From the NCBI GenBank assembly GCA_951406725.2, contig OX597818.1:19902001-19966000 (forward strand): a DNA stretch of 64,000 bases, written 5' to 3'. Source of the DNA: Octopus vulgaris. Its lineage: Eukaryota. Both the position numbers and the translations under genes were made by a program. Shown here in pieces: positions 23,870-37,307 of the stretch (position 1 is the first letter of the stretch; the number at the start of each line of letters is the position of its first letter). The notes under the pieces are model-generated. The model did no database searches. It was not told the origin of the DNA and saw only the letters and a program-made list of their open reading frames with translations.

Positions 23870-24246
23870 GGTGTAGGAGTGGCTGTGTGATAAGTAGCTT
23901 GCTTACCAACCACATGGTTCTGGGTTCACTCCCACTGCATGGCACCTTGGGAAAGTGCTTTCTACTATAGACTCGGGCCAACCAAAGCCTTGTGAGTGGA
24001 TTTGGTAGACGGAAACTGAAAGAAGCCCGTCGTATATATGTATATATATATGTGTGTGTTTGCCCCACCAACATCGCTTGACAACAGATGCTGGTGTGTT
24101 TACATCTCCATAACTTAGCAGTTCAGCAAAAGAGACCGATAGAATAAGTACTAGGCTTACAAAGAATAAGTCCTGGGATCGATTTGCTTGACTAAAGGCG
24201 GTGCTCCAGCATGGCCACAGTCAAATGACTGAAACAAGTAAAAGAG
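23870..24246 (+). mobile_element. tRNA-derived SINE with CORE-like domain (best copy of an abundant family)
   Basis: A-box TGGCTGTGTG, B-box GGTTCA.TCCC, then a CORE-like ACCTTGGG.AAGTG. Other copies at about 3050-3350(-), 9213-9594(-), 13467-13805(+), 14012-14220(-), 16331-16492(-), 40624-41000(-), 41072-41410(+), 55004-55388(+) and 63625-63993(+). Confidence 0.85.
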
Positions 24247-25480
24247 CTAAGGTCAGAAAATGTACAGAGTTACAGAGGAATATTCTAAGAAAGATTAGAA
24301 TGAGATCTAGAAGATACAATAGTAAAGACAAGAAGGGAAAAAAAACTGGTTATATGCAAATCAACTTATGTGGGAGATGGTATACAAGATTGAGTGATGA
24401 CAGAACAGAGAGAAGAAAGTAAAAAATGTACAACAGAAAGGAAAGAATTTGAAAATAAGTAACTGATTGAAGACTATTGATAAATATTGTTACAAATAGT
24501 ATTGTACTCTTTACACAAGGCACACCTTTTATTTTTTAGGCATTACTTCCATCTCATACTTGGTTTAATATTTAAAACTTCAGGGGAGTGGGTAATTCGA
24601 GTACATCAACCCCAGTGCTCAACTCCAAAAAGATGAAAGGCAAAGTCAACCTCAGCGGAATTTGAACTAAGATCATAGAGACAGACAAAATGCCGCTAAG
24701 CATTTGTCTAATGATTCTGCCAGATCATAATTTTATACCTGGTTTAGTTTGGAAGACATTTATGTAAGATATTTAATGTAAAACATTTTAAAGAAACATT
24801 CAAGACAATAAAGATGTTTTAAAGAACACCTTTTTTTAAAATATACAAGAGTTAAATATAAAATGCATTGGTTGAGGGCTTCATGATTTTATTTATTTAA
24901 AAAATTGAGAAAATTTTATCACAAAGTTTTTATTTATAAAAAAAAAAACAATTTTATCACAAAATTTTAATTTATAAGAAATTTAGAAAATTTTATCACA
25001 AAACAAGAAACTCAATGACCAAATTGATCATTGTATTTTTTTTATGGGTATAATTTACATCATCTGGTCTCACATTAATACATGTAGTAGTTGATGATAC
25101 CAATGGTAACAGTGTCTTAATATGAGATGACCATGGCTGGAATGCTTGTCAGATTTTAGAAGATTCAATACTGACCACAGAGATGAACATGCTGAATGTG
25201 CACAGTTCTATACAAAACAAAACCATGGATGTCTGGAGTATAAGATTTATAGGTCACATGAAGATGTTCAACCAACTACCTTTATGACATACCTCTGCTA
25301 AATCAGAATAGGCCAGGGCTGTTCAATCACAAACTTTTAGTTTGATAATCACTGAAATTGTAGTAAGGCACTACGTTTGAAAGATCTTTGATATTAAATG
25401 ATATACAAATAGTAAATTCCTCAACAATTGTGCTTGGCAGAATAAGGCTTTGATATAAAAAGAAACACTACTTTGTCACT

Positions 25481-27250
25481 CTAAAACAAATTTTTAACGT
25501 GTACTTTCTTATGGCTTGATAAATGGCTGTTACGGGTGAATGATTTGCCACAAATTTCACAGCTGAACGGTTTCTCTCCTGTATGAATACGCCTATGCCG
25601 AGGTAAATCACCATTCCGTAGAAATGATTTGCCACAAATATCACAACTAAAAGGCTTTTTTTCAGCATGTGTCCATTTATGACTGGTTAAATGACTATTT
25701 TGGGCAAATTGTTTACCACAAATATTACAACGGTATGGCCTCTCCCCAGTATGGATTCGCTTGTGACTTAATAAAGTACTTTTTACAGAGAATGTTCTAC
25801 CACAAATATCACAGCTGTAAGGTTTCTCTCCTGTGTGAATTCGTCTGTGGGTAGATAACATACTGGTCTGGGAAAACATTTTACCGCAGATTTCACAGTG
25901 ATAGGGTTTCTCCCCTGTGTGTGTTCGTCTATGACTAGCTAAAATATTACTCTGGGTAAAGGCCTCACCACAAATCTCACAATGGTATGGTTTTTCCCCA
26001 GTATGAATCCTCTTGTGGTTACGTAAAGAACTCTTTACCTGGAATGCTTTACCACAAGTATCACAACCATAAGGTTTCTTTTCCGAGTGTACCCATTTAT
26101 GACTTAACAGATGGTTATTTCGTGCGAAAGTTTTACCACAGGTCTCACAGCGGAATGGCTTTTCTCCAGTATGAATCTGTTTATGAAAAGACAGATAACT
26201 CTTTATAGAAAATGATTTACCACAAATGTCACAGCGATAAGGTTTTTCTCCTGTATGTAATTGCTTGTGTATAGATAAATGACTATTTCGTGAGAATGAT
26301 CTACCACATATTTGACAAGTAAAAGGCTTTTCACCAGTATGAACTCGTTTATGACCAGATAGATGGCTGCTCTGAGAGAATGTTTTACCACAGATTCCAC
26401 ATTTGTACGGTCTTTCTCCAGTGTGTGTACGTTTGTGGGAAGTTAACTCCTTTTTTTGAACAAACAGTTTCCCACAGATTTCACAATTAAATGGTTTTTC
26501 GCCTGTATGTTTCCGCTTGTGATAATACAAATCACTATTTCGAGAGAAATTCCTACCGCAAATTTCACAGTGATATCGCCTTTCCAATGTGTGAATTACT
26601 TTGTGTTGAACCAAGATAGTGCTTCTAGAAAATACTTTCCCGCATATTTCACAGCGGTAAGGTTTCTCCCCAGTGTGAATTCGAATATGAGTGGATAAAG
26701 AACTATTTGTGGGGAATTTTCTACCACAAATTTCACAGTGAAATGGCTTTTCCCCAGTGTGTATCCGTTGATGGACATTCAGATAGTTTTTGGAAGAGTA
26801 TTTATTTCCACAAATTTTACAATGATATGGTTTTTCTCCAGTATGTGTCCGTTTATGTTGAAACAGGATGCTTTTTTGAGTGAAATGTTGACCGCAAATT
26901 TCACAACCATAAGGTCTTTCTTTTGAGTGTGTCTCTTTATGTTTAATTAAATGACTACTTTGAACAAAGAATTTGTTACAAACTTCACATTTATACACAT
27001 TATCTATGTTAGATTGTTTACCATTTAAGAGTTTGGTATCAAGAACTTTACAAGAATATGTATTATGATTAATTTCATTTTCGTTAGCTGTTTCTGAGTG
27101 TTTCAGTGAATTGTTGTGGGAATTTGGATCCCAACAGTTATCACAAAATAGCTTTATTTCTTCTTTAATATCTGAGAAGTTTTCTTCAGATGATTCAATA
27201 TATCTAGGAAATATTTTGCCACAAATTTGACAAGGATATATCTTCTCCAT
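25481..27250 (-). CDS. Tandem C2H2 zinc-finger protein (18 fingers, about 589 aa, single coding exon)
   Basis: Intact ORF with 18 CxxC-x12-HxxxH fingers, most joined by TGEKP linkers. First ATG is at 27250 (the ORF-track start at 27292 is TTG). A splice acceptor ctattttag| at 27503 implies upstream UTR exons. Confidence 0.95.
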   Translation of the reverse strand: MEKIYPCQICGKIFPRYIESSEENFSDIKEEIKLFCDNCWDPNSHNNSLKHSETANENEINHNTYSCKVLDTKLLNGKQSNIDNVYKCEVCNKFFVQSSHLIKHKETHSKERPYGCEICGQHFTQKSILFQHKRTHTGEKPYHCKICGNKYSSKNYLNVHQRIHTGEKPFHCEICGRKFPTNSSLSTHIRIHTGEKPYRCEICGKVFSRSTILVQHKVIHTLERRYHCEICGRNFSRNSDLYYHKRKHTGEKPFNCEICGKLFVQKKELTSHKRTHTGERPYKCGICGKTFSQSSHLSGHKRVHTGEKPFTCQICGRSFSRNSHLSIHKQLHTGEKPYRCDICGKSFSIKSYLSFHKQIHTGEKPFRCETCGKTFARNNHLLSHKWVHSEKKPYGCDTCGKAFQVKSSLRNHKRIHTGEKPYHCEICGEAFTQSNILASHRRTHTGEKPYHCEICGKMFSQTSMLSTHRRIHTGEKPYSCDICGRTFSVKSTLLSHKRIHTGERPYRCNICGKQFAQNSHLTSHKWTHAEKKPFSCDICGKSFLRNGDLPRHRRIHTGEKPFSCEICGKSFTRNSHLSSHKKVHVKNLF

Positions 27251-29349
27251 GTTTATACCACAATAGGAACTACAAAACACTGACAAAATCAAATTGCTTG
27301 ATTAAATATGGTGAGTCTTAATTTTAAATGAAATCTTCAGTAAATGAGTCACACAAATTATCATCTGATGGTTTATTCAGCTGATTATAAACAGAGGCCA
27401 TCATTATTGGTACATTCCATTTATCCACTAAGTAAACTTCCAAAATCTCAGGACAGATGCCATCTTTAGTCTCAATATTTCATTAATGTACGAGAAGAAT
27501 TCCTAAAATAGATTAAGATATCAAATTTTAGTAAAACTTTCAACAAGTGTTTTGGTATTCATGTTATTCAACCTTTTAGCATACAGACTACTCTGTCAAA
27601 TGTAATGCTTATTTATTCATATTGTTTTGAATTAATCATGCATTATCTCATAGCTTTGAGATTTCATTGTTTATTTTTAGAACGATATTGTGGGTTAGGT
27701 TGGTATGAAAAATAAACAGCTAGAACATTTGGGCAGGATATGGCTGATTTAAATGCTAAAAGGTTAGTGAAATTACTGAAATAGTGATCTTGTAACTACC
27801 CCAAAAGATGAAAAGAAAGATACTCATCATTATCATTGTTACGTTCATTTTTTCCATGCTGGCAAGGAGTAGACAAAATTTATTGAGGTAGTTTCCTGTG
27901 GCTGGATACCCTTCCTATGACCAACACCTATTTGTTTTGCAATTAAGATATTCTTAATCCACTGATCTCCATACATTGAAATCAACAAAACTGCCAAACT
28001 ATAGTGTGCACTATTAACAGCTGATCTAAATAAACATAGCAGTTATTAAATTTAAAGGGTAAATTTAGTAACTACAACATAGGGATACACAACATGTCTA
28101 GAAGCAGCTAGATGGTTTTAAGGAAGAACTGATAAGTACCTTTGACCAGCTAGGACTCAAAATAACTGTAAGTACCAACTGTAAGATGGTTAACTTCTTG
28201 AAACATCAGACTCAATTTAGATATGAAAACTTAAAAAACCTTTTAACAAACATACTGAAGTACTCAAACTGAGCTTCTAAAATCCTTCAAATATCCTCAA
28301 CAACTTAGAAATATTAGTACAAAGATAATCAACTTCTCATCAAATAAAGAAATCTTCAACAGAATGAAAATGCTTTAGCAAAAAGGAACTTTTGAAGATT
28401 GGGTTATTTGTACACCAAATTCATTTGCCTCCTGACACTAAGAGTTCATATGTTTGGCTCACAATCATAATGTCATGAGTTTAGTTCTTGGACAGGGCAG
28501 TGCATTGCATCCTTGAGCAAGGCATTTCATGTTGATCTGGTCTAAGCTGAAAATGAGTACCAGCTGAGTATTAGTGCAGTTTTCTCTCTCCAGCTGTGCC
28601 ACTGGGTCAAAAAGTGGGAGATTCAACAGGATGTCTATGTCCGCTCACAACTATGTAGACACCTAAAGTAATTAGTAAAAAGCACTGTACTTATTTCATC
28701 TGCTGAAATGGTCAACTCTTTATCATCATCATTACTGTTTTAGGCTTATTTTCCATGTTGTCATAAGTCAAACAGTTAGACAAGATCTGGCAAATCAGAA
28801 GACTATGTCTTGCTCCAATGCTTCAGTTTTGGCCTACTTTTTAAGGCTAGATGCCCTTCATAACACCAACCACTTCATGGAGTTGCTTTGTAACTCTCAA
28901 AACTAAAGAGTCTCTATGACTGAAAGGTGAATAAAAAAGAGAGAGAGAGAGAGTGATAACTTTAGGTAAGTTGTTGATGGAAGTTAAAGCATGATGGGAA
29001 GAACAGATTTATTGTATGAGTGTGGTAGTGAAGAGAATAATAGAGACAATAATGTTAGGGGAGTAATGGAAGGGAAAGAGCAGTGTCAGGGGCTAGTGAG
29101 AAATGACAAGGATAGATGATAGGGTTAGTTGAATCGAGGAGTCTAATGTTGCCAAGAGTAATAGCTTCTTCGACATTTTTCAGCATTAGAGAGGGCATCC
29201 AGCTATAAAAACCCTACCAAAATAGACAGTAAAGCTTGGTGTAGTCCTCTGGCTTGCTAGCTCCTGTCAAACTCTCTAAATCATGCCAGCATGAAAAACG
29301 GACGTTAAAAGATGATGATGACAACTTAGTTTGGCTAAAATGCTTTCAA

Positions 29350-29620
29350 AGCACACACCTCTGTCACAAATAAGGTCACCTACGTAACAAAAGATACTGA
29401 CTGCTAACTACTAAGGACTCATCTGAGCAGTTGAGACAATCAACTTCCTGGGTGTTTTTCATCAGAACACCTGTGCACCTTCCATATATAAAGGCTACCT
29501 TTGCTGTTAACCTGCTCATGATCCCACTATTCCCCTTAGACATCCAGTTTTGATTGGACACACTGTATGGAGTAACTACTGCTTTTCTGTATACCAAGCA
29601 TTGACATTAGTTTTTGTAGT
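29350..29620 (-). mobile_element. Degraded RTE LINE fragment
   Basis: SGIMSRLTAKVAFIYGRCTG resembles the RTE SGI.GRL...F.C.RC.G region also seen at 4.7 kb. Confidence 0.5.
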
Positions 29621-30719
29621 GTTCTTCCTTTTTTATGATGATATAATTTTGAGGAAATTTGGTTGGTTATTTCTAACTTGCATAGAACTACACTGAAAGC
29701 TTTTCATTCATTTTTGTGTATGTCAGGTACAACATTCCTTATTTTCAAGGTAGTAGAATATGATCTGACTACTATTTTTAGCAGTCCAATCTACCTTGTA
29801 GCAGCTCCATTAGTAGTTCCATTAGTTGTTACTCTTTAGTCCCAGGTTAAATCCAATGAAATAACCCTATCATAAAAGGCTTTCAAGTCACGACCATTCT
29901 GTCTTTTTGTATAGCAGCAATTCTTTAAAATTGAAGGATGCATAATTTGAGGGTGATTCGGCTGCTATTGCTATCAATTCTGTCATTGATTAGCATGCAG
30001 AGTTCCTTTATTGCTGTTCAGACTCAGGTTCTGTCTAATAGAGCAAATCTTTGGTAGAAGAGGTTCCAGTTCTGATAATTTTCTCTTTCTGTATATCAGT
30101 GACGATAGTGTGCTCAAAATGTCCTTCCTTTTATTGAGACTGCAACGTGTGATCTTAGAAATAATTTTATAACTGATAAAATTATAAGCACTTGATCCAA
30201 AATCATACAACTCTAGTACTGGTAATTTTATCGGTTATAAAATTATTCGCAAGAACTTTTGAGAATTACTGTACATAACATATTAACATCATTTTATTTC
30301 AAAAATTGGACTGTGAGCCATTAAAGACTGAGGCGTTTAGTTTTATATACATGTAAGGTGTATTAACGATTTCACAGTAGCGCAATATAGATGTTGATTT
30401 TAGGCGTCAGCATTTTAGTCATAACTGAAAAGGAGATATTTTCAATTCAGGGGACGTAATCTTTATCCGAAATAGTGATAAATTATCTCCCCATTATTTT
30501 ATAGGTTATATTCAGCGCTTATACTACATACCTTAGTACATTGATATAACTAATGGGTTTTACCATCTGTATGAATCACACAACCAGTATATATTGCATG
30601 TATAGATCACATATGCATACAGAAAGCATCTACCTGCACGCACACACACATACACACAAACAACACAAAGATGAGGTTGTCATTTCATACAAGGAAATAC
30701 ATATATGTAGACATGGATA

Positions 30720-31480
30720 CTTAGATAGGTTTCGGCCACATTGGCCCAGGCCATAGCTAACTTAATAGTACCATCTGGAAAAGACATTTAGTAATGTATT
30801 TTTGTATAGTTATTTTTAGGCACCATTGCCCATTCGATTAAAGAGTTGTTGTTTGCAGCAGTATACCCACGTGTAGGTGGTTAATCTGGAATTTGTTGGA
30901 GATATTCATCCAGGAACTTTTTGAAAGTTATGAAATCTTTTTCCTCCTTTATATGTTTCGGAATGATGTTAAAAGAAGCAGGTCCAGTTGAGTAGAAGTA
31001 GTTCTGTCTTAATGTTGTGATGTGTTGAGAGCACGATTTCTGTAGTGGATGCATGGCATGGGGACCAAGCCTTGGGTGGATTTTAAAAGTGATACTGATA
31101 TTATTTGGGTAATACTGTTGGAACAATTTCCACATCATACAAATAATAAAGCGCTCTCGGCGGTACTGGAGAGAATACAGTTTAAGATTCACGAGTCGAT
31201 TCCAGTAATTAAGACCAGACATGCCATCAATTTTTTTTGTAATTGATCTCTGGGGTGCTTCAAGCTTTTTAATATTCTGGCTCGTGTAGGGAGACCATAG
31301 CAGACAACAGTATTCAAGGTGAAGGTATGCAAATGTAGAAAAAAGAAGGATAATGATTGGAGTATCTTTAGACTGGAAAGTCCTGAGGATCCAGAAGCAC
31401 GCCCAGTGGGCCATGTCGACTTTCTTGTTTATGTGGACACTCCAACTTAAGTTATCAACAGTCACACCAAGGTCCCTAGT
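30720..31480 (-). mobile_element. CR1-group LINE 3' end
   Basis: Reads RDLGVTVDNLSW..HI, LEYCCLLWSPY and YWNRL..LKLYSLQYRRER. A second fragment of the same family is at 60330-60810. Confidence 0.85.
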
Positions 31481-32716
31481 GGTGTATCTCTATTCATCTA
31501 AACTGCATACAAAGGAATATATGTATAAAACTGTGTAAGTGCTTATAAGTCGCCACTTATCCACAGGTACATATTGAGCCAATATTGTCATATATTAATG
31601 TGTCCACACATATATATCTCTTACACCTGTATATCTCTAAGATTACAAGTATATGTGGATACCCTCAGTGCCACACATCTGCATGGATATTACTGCATAT
31701 TCATGCATACAATGTGCATGCATGTATACACAAGGGTGTGAATAGGCATACATCTATAAATCTCATGTGTCTACAAATACACAGACTTCTATATATGCAC
31801 AAACATATATAACAAATCACACATTTGCAAAGCCAAGTGCACTCTGGGGATGTAAAGGTGAGAAAGGTAGAAATCTCACAGTAGTGGTGTGGTGGTTGTT
31901 GGAGAAAGTTGTAGTAAAAAAAAAATGGGAGAAGTAAGGTTAAAGATAGATAAGAAAGGATAGATGAAAATATATTCAATAAAGTTGAACCTTATAATAA
32001 AAAAAGCCAGCCATTTCAAAAGAGTAAATTACAACACTACAAGAACAGAAATAGACACAAGAATATATTTTTTATTTTTTACCCCTAATTCTCAACTTTT
32101 TAGCACTAATAGATAGACACTTCCCCATAAACCAGAGACATGGAAAACTATTCAACATAGCATTAAAACTGGCTATAGCTCAACTTACAAAAGGAAAAAC
32201 TACCTATCAAGAACCCAGACAACCAACACTGAGGCCCCATGAAACTTCAAAAACCAAGCAATAAGCTCGTTACATTCGTCATGCAATGCATAAACAGTGA
32301 TACACAGAGCAGAAACACCTACCACAGGTCCTACCTCCAAAACTTGGAGGTAGGTCCACAAATGGTAGCTGGAATGACAGACACATTGAAGGAGCTAAAA
32401 CCAACGACATTGCTATATTCAGAAATACCAAAATGTCATATCAAGTTATATCTGCAGTTTAACAGACAGTGACAAAGAATACAATATAAAGTGAACAATA
32501 TTAGAAAGGCAATTATGTGCTATGCATAGTACATTATAGATTTCTGCGCATGCAAAAAGATGTATAATATAAATATGTGTGTGTACATGCACTGTCTGAT
32601 ATATATATATATATATATAACGGGAAGCTTTATGAAAATAAACAAAAGACGAAGGCAGGTGGAATACAAACAAACAATTGTATTAGTATGGCGCTCAGGA
32701 ATATAAATAAAACAAG

Positions 32717-32754
32717 TCTTTTACGTTTCGAGCCTATGCTCTTCAACAGAAAGA
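32717..32754 (-). ncRNA. Penelope-type hammerhead-like motif (core variant)
   Basis: TCTTT-CTGTTGAA-GAGC ATAG GCTC-GAAAC-GTA-AAAGA. Related copies at 21885-21919 and 50628-50663. Confidence 0.45.
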
Positions 32755-35007
32755 AACAAAGAGAGAAAAAATGTGTGTGTGTGTGTGTATATCTATAATA
32801 TAAATTAGACATGGGTGATCGTTGTATTCTTTCTTGTCTTGAGGTTCATAGCCAAACAGCTGGGTGGATTCGCGTGAAAAATGGCACACATGTGGAGACG
32901 GTTGCATAGATTGGAATGCGGTTTGTATTTTTTTCTTAGCTCCCATAGTTACTGAGAAAATCGATTAAAACCTTTTATAATGGCATTCCCCTGTTTGTTC
33001 CGCCATATACCATTTCGCTAGCAAGAAGGGGAGTACAGGATGACATTCAGCCAAACCTTTCGCTATATTGTCTATCTTCTTTTACCTCTTTGTGGGGTTA
33101 ATAATCTTAATCTTTCTTTCTCACCCTCTTTCTCTCCCACATACACATGCAAGCACACACACACACATGTCCATTTCATATATCTTCTTTCAATTTTTGC
33201 TCTCTGCAAATAAAATTTTTATGGATATAATTGCTTACAAAAATAGGGATTAATGTATAATTTCTTTCTATGTTCATAATTAAATCAATGTTTCAATGAT
33301 TAGACAGAGGTCCAATAGAATAGCTCTCAGAAACAGACTACACACAAATTCATTATTCACAACTCCTGAAGCTGTTTTCTGACAAGTGGGGTGCATCAGG
33401 AAATTTTCATACAGCTGGAAGCTCCAGTCGAAATATCCATGGAATGAGAGAAACACTAGAGCTGTTTATACTAAATCCTTATTTCTGCCACCAACTAGTT
33501 CTCTTTTGTCATTTCTTCCTCTCATCATATTGCTTGAGTAACAAGAGATTGCTTCAGACCTATTAATAACCAATACACCCCTTACTAGCTAACACTCTTT
33601 CTCCTTCAAACCACTTTATTGGCACTCATCATTCTCTTACCAGGTAACATTACCCTGGTTTCACTATCTCTCCTACTAACATTTAGTACATCTTTCATTT
33701 CTCACTATTTATCACTCTATCACAAGCATCTAATGCCTCCATCTCATCATGATTGTTAGCTATCAAGAGATTGCATCAGATCTGTTGGTATCTCTTACCC
33801 TCCTATGTCTCTTCCTGATCACAATGATTTGTTAGAGAAATTACATTGTATCTGATACACTCCACTTCACTCACCCTCCCTTAGTCTCTTAGAGTTGCCA
33901 TCTAAACAATTCATTATGCATGTTCTCTTTACCAGCTAATGTTATACTGCTTGTTTCCACTTTCTTTCCTTCAGGTCACTCAACTTTTACAACACTCTTA
34001 CAACTAATCATTTTACAGCTCTCCATCACTCATTCTCTTCCATTACCCCCTACAATTACTGTTTCATTACATTTTACAAATACTAGTACTACCTCTTTCA
34101 TTGCCCCTTTTCTCTTTCCTCAATAGACCATCATACTCTTCTCCTTTTCTCTCTTTCATTCTAGTTCTTTCGCAATCGTCTTGTACCCATTCCTTTAGTT
34201 AAATTGCTTAGTACAAATGGAGACAATGTAGAACAATAAGAACCCTCCTTTGGTTTTGCAGGATACAAGGCAACAGCATTAGTACACATATCACATAAAA
34301 TATATTCAGTAAACTTCCATCAAAAAATGGTTGGGGAGCAGATGGACACGGTAACAAAGGACCCATTAGTCTTGTCTAGACCAGATAACAATACTAATTT
34401 GGTGCTGGTACCACAATAAATTGTACCCATCACCAACCTTTTTACAGTTAAAAAGGTTGGTGATTGGAAGGGCATCAAACGCAGAAATGAAGCCAAAAAT
34501 GAAGCGTCAGCAAGATTGGGTCTTCCTACCGAGTATGAGAGCAATAGGTCCCAACGAGGTCTTGCACTTGAATCCATGCCAGTATGGAAAGTGGAAGTAA
34601 AATGGGTCAAACTCTTTAGTTTGACAACTATTACACTTTTTTTGCTCGGGTTAAACCCTTTAGATTGACCATAAAATGAAAATAACACACAAACACACAC
34701 ATATATATAATCACCCAGCATTTACCATATCACATCGTTTAACACTAGTGGGATCCCAGTATTACTCTATTCATCTTCTCTCGAGTTTCATCAATTGCGG
34801 TTTAAAAGCTTAGGAGTTGTTTGAAACATTAAAATTATTAAAACACCATTATATTACAACTGTGGTTGTTATCTTCAGAACAGTTAGCAACACTTTCACT
34901 GACTACAGTAATCCTTCGCCTTATCGCGGTTTATTATTTAAGCTTACGTGTTGTTGTTTTGCATTTATAATAAAATAAATATAGGCATAGTTTCGGTTGT
35001 AGTAGCA

Positions 35008-35911
35008 CAGATTTCCGTCGATTTCCGTAAAAAAACTTTTATTTTTTTACATAAGTAATGAGAGCGAAAGAGACTAAGAGGAAGCGATTTTATGACGAGA
35101 AGGTTTCTCTTTGAAGTCGGCCTGTGTGTGTTTGATGGGGTGTGGGAGACAGACAGTATGTTGTGTAAGTGAAGTGCTTCTGTTAGTGTGTGCGAAGAGA
35201 CAGACATACATATACACATACACCGAGTAAAAAATTACGATGAATCGGCCATACATACATACATACACACACACACATACATAGATACATACACACACAC
35301 ATACATACATACATACATACACACACACATAGATACATACACACACACACATACATGCAGACATACATATACACATACACCGAGTAAAAAATTACACTGA
35401 ATCGACCATACATACATACATACACACATACATACATACACACACACACATACATAGATACATACACACACACACATACATGCAGACATACATATACACA
35501 TACACCGAGTAAAAAATTACGATGAATCGGCCATACATACATACACACACACATACATACATACACACACACATACATACATACATACACACACACATAC
35601 TTACACACACACACATACATAGATACATACACACACACACACATACATGCATACATACATATACACATACACCGAGTAAAAAATCAGTTATCTCTCTCTT
35701 TCACACATTACTCTCTCTGTCTCTTCGCACACACTAACAGAAGCACTTCACTTACACAACATACTGTCTGTCTCCCACACCCCATCAAACACACACAGGC
35801 CGACTTCAAAGAGAAACCTTTTCGTCATAAAATCGCTTCCTCTTAGTCTCTTTCGCTCTCATTACTTATGTAAAAAAATAAAAGTTTTTTACGGAAATCG
35901 ACGGAAATCTG
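35008..35911. repeat. About 197-bp near-perfect inverted repeat enclosing a 4-unit composite minisatellite
   Basis: 35008-35204 and 35716-35911 differ by one substitution and one A-run indel. The spacer has four CATACACCGAGTAAAAAAT anchors separated by (CATA)n/(CA)n. Confidence 0.9.
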
Positions 35912-35975
35912 AGCTACGACATGCGAAACTTCGCCTAAATATATACAAATTATAAAAATAATTTTCTTTTAAATG

Positions 35976-36060
35976 GGCGAAGGTAAAGAATACGTACACT
36001 GGGTGGTTAGGGTTTTTGTTACGCCGAAAACCGGTGGTGTACGTATTCTTTACCTCCGCC
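35976..36060. repeat. Short palindromic MITE-like element, copy 1
   Basis: GGCGAAGGTAAAGAATACG...CGTATTCTTTACCTCCGCC with an internal TTAGGG. Confidence 0.7.
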
Positions 36061-36866
36061 AAAAAAAAAATGTACAGTATAGCTTCTACTTCGCGGATTT
36101 TCACCTATCACAGTTGAAATGTAATACCCGCGATAGCCGAGGCATTGCTGTATATTCTACTAAAGCGAATGACTGGTGAGTGTCAATCCAGAACAATAAC
36201 AAAGCTTGCAGAGGGGGTAGCGCCAAGCAGTGCATTACAAAAACATAGCTATAGAAGTTCTGCGAATGTAATTCGAACTTTGAAAACTAGACCGGTCAGA
36301 GCAGAATGTTCTCTACAGTATAAAATAAATCTATTTTAAGAACGAAAACTATAACTAAACGTGTGTGTGAGTGTATTTTATAGTAATTGCAAAAGCGTGA
36401 CCCCCACCGTCGACATTCTTGCCCCATAACTTTCTTAAAACTATAATCTACACAATGAAAATGTATTTCTGGAGAATTTCATTGAAAAATACCCATTTTC
36501 AGGAAAGTTATCATAGAACAAAGTCGTCCGGGTAGGCACATTTCAGCAGTTATGCCATACATACACACACGTGTACGTATACATATAATGTTTGTATATA
36601 TTATACCACACTCCAGTTATTTAGCTATGTTTTTGTAACAACAGATTTGTGCAATAAGTAAGTACCCAACGAGCTAAGTCTGTGATCCAGTATCCATACC
36701 TAAGTGAAGAAAAGTTTACTTCACTGAAGCCTCCTCTCAGAGAATGACGACTGTCACAACACATCGTGAACTTCCATGATAAACCAACAGTTGTCTCTAA
36801 GCGATAAAGTTGATTCTTTTCATTTTCGTATTTTTTTTTGTGACGACGTGAGTATGTAGAACCAAA

Positions 36867-36902
<36 letters not shown>

Positions 36903-37307
36903 GTGAAATGTATAAAATTAATTGTCAGTTATATCTGATGAAATACTAATTTATCCGAGTTTATAAGTTTTAAATATGTAATATAACTTTAGTTTCGTAC
37001 AATCTGAAAGCTGAGTTTCCGAAATTTCACTTCTCTTTAATTTATATTCTTATAGTACTTATTTTGCTTAAAATTGTTATTGTTTAGTCCAAGTCAGCCC
37101 ATGATTAAGCAAATCCATACTGAAAGATATTCCAGTCATGACCATCCCGTCTTTTGAGGAATATAAATATCTGCACTGTTGATGTGTCTTTTCCTCATCT
37201 ATGACATTATGTCGTTTCAGAGATCTGTTATTTCTAGCAGGTCGAGTCACCACTGAGCTGCTTCTTAGACTCCCTACCCCTGAAAACGCTATTTGATTAA
37301 AAGGTCC

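Noticed and set aside
25468-26926. Alternative-frame and antisense ORFs over the ZNF gene
   Set aside because: Shadows of the repetitive zinc-finger coding sequence.
29983-30210. 75-aa minus-strand ORF
   Set aside because: Non-ATG start, no motif and no clear splice signals.
35074-35737. Cys/Val/Tyr- and His/Thr-rich ORFs, and regularly spaced anchors
   Set aside because: These are translations of (CATA)n/(CA)n microsatellite, and the spacers are simple repeats.
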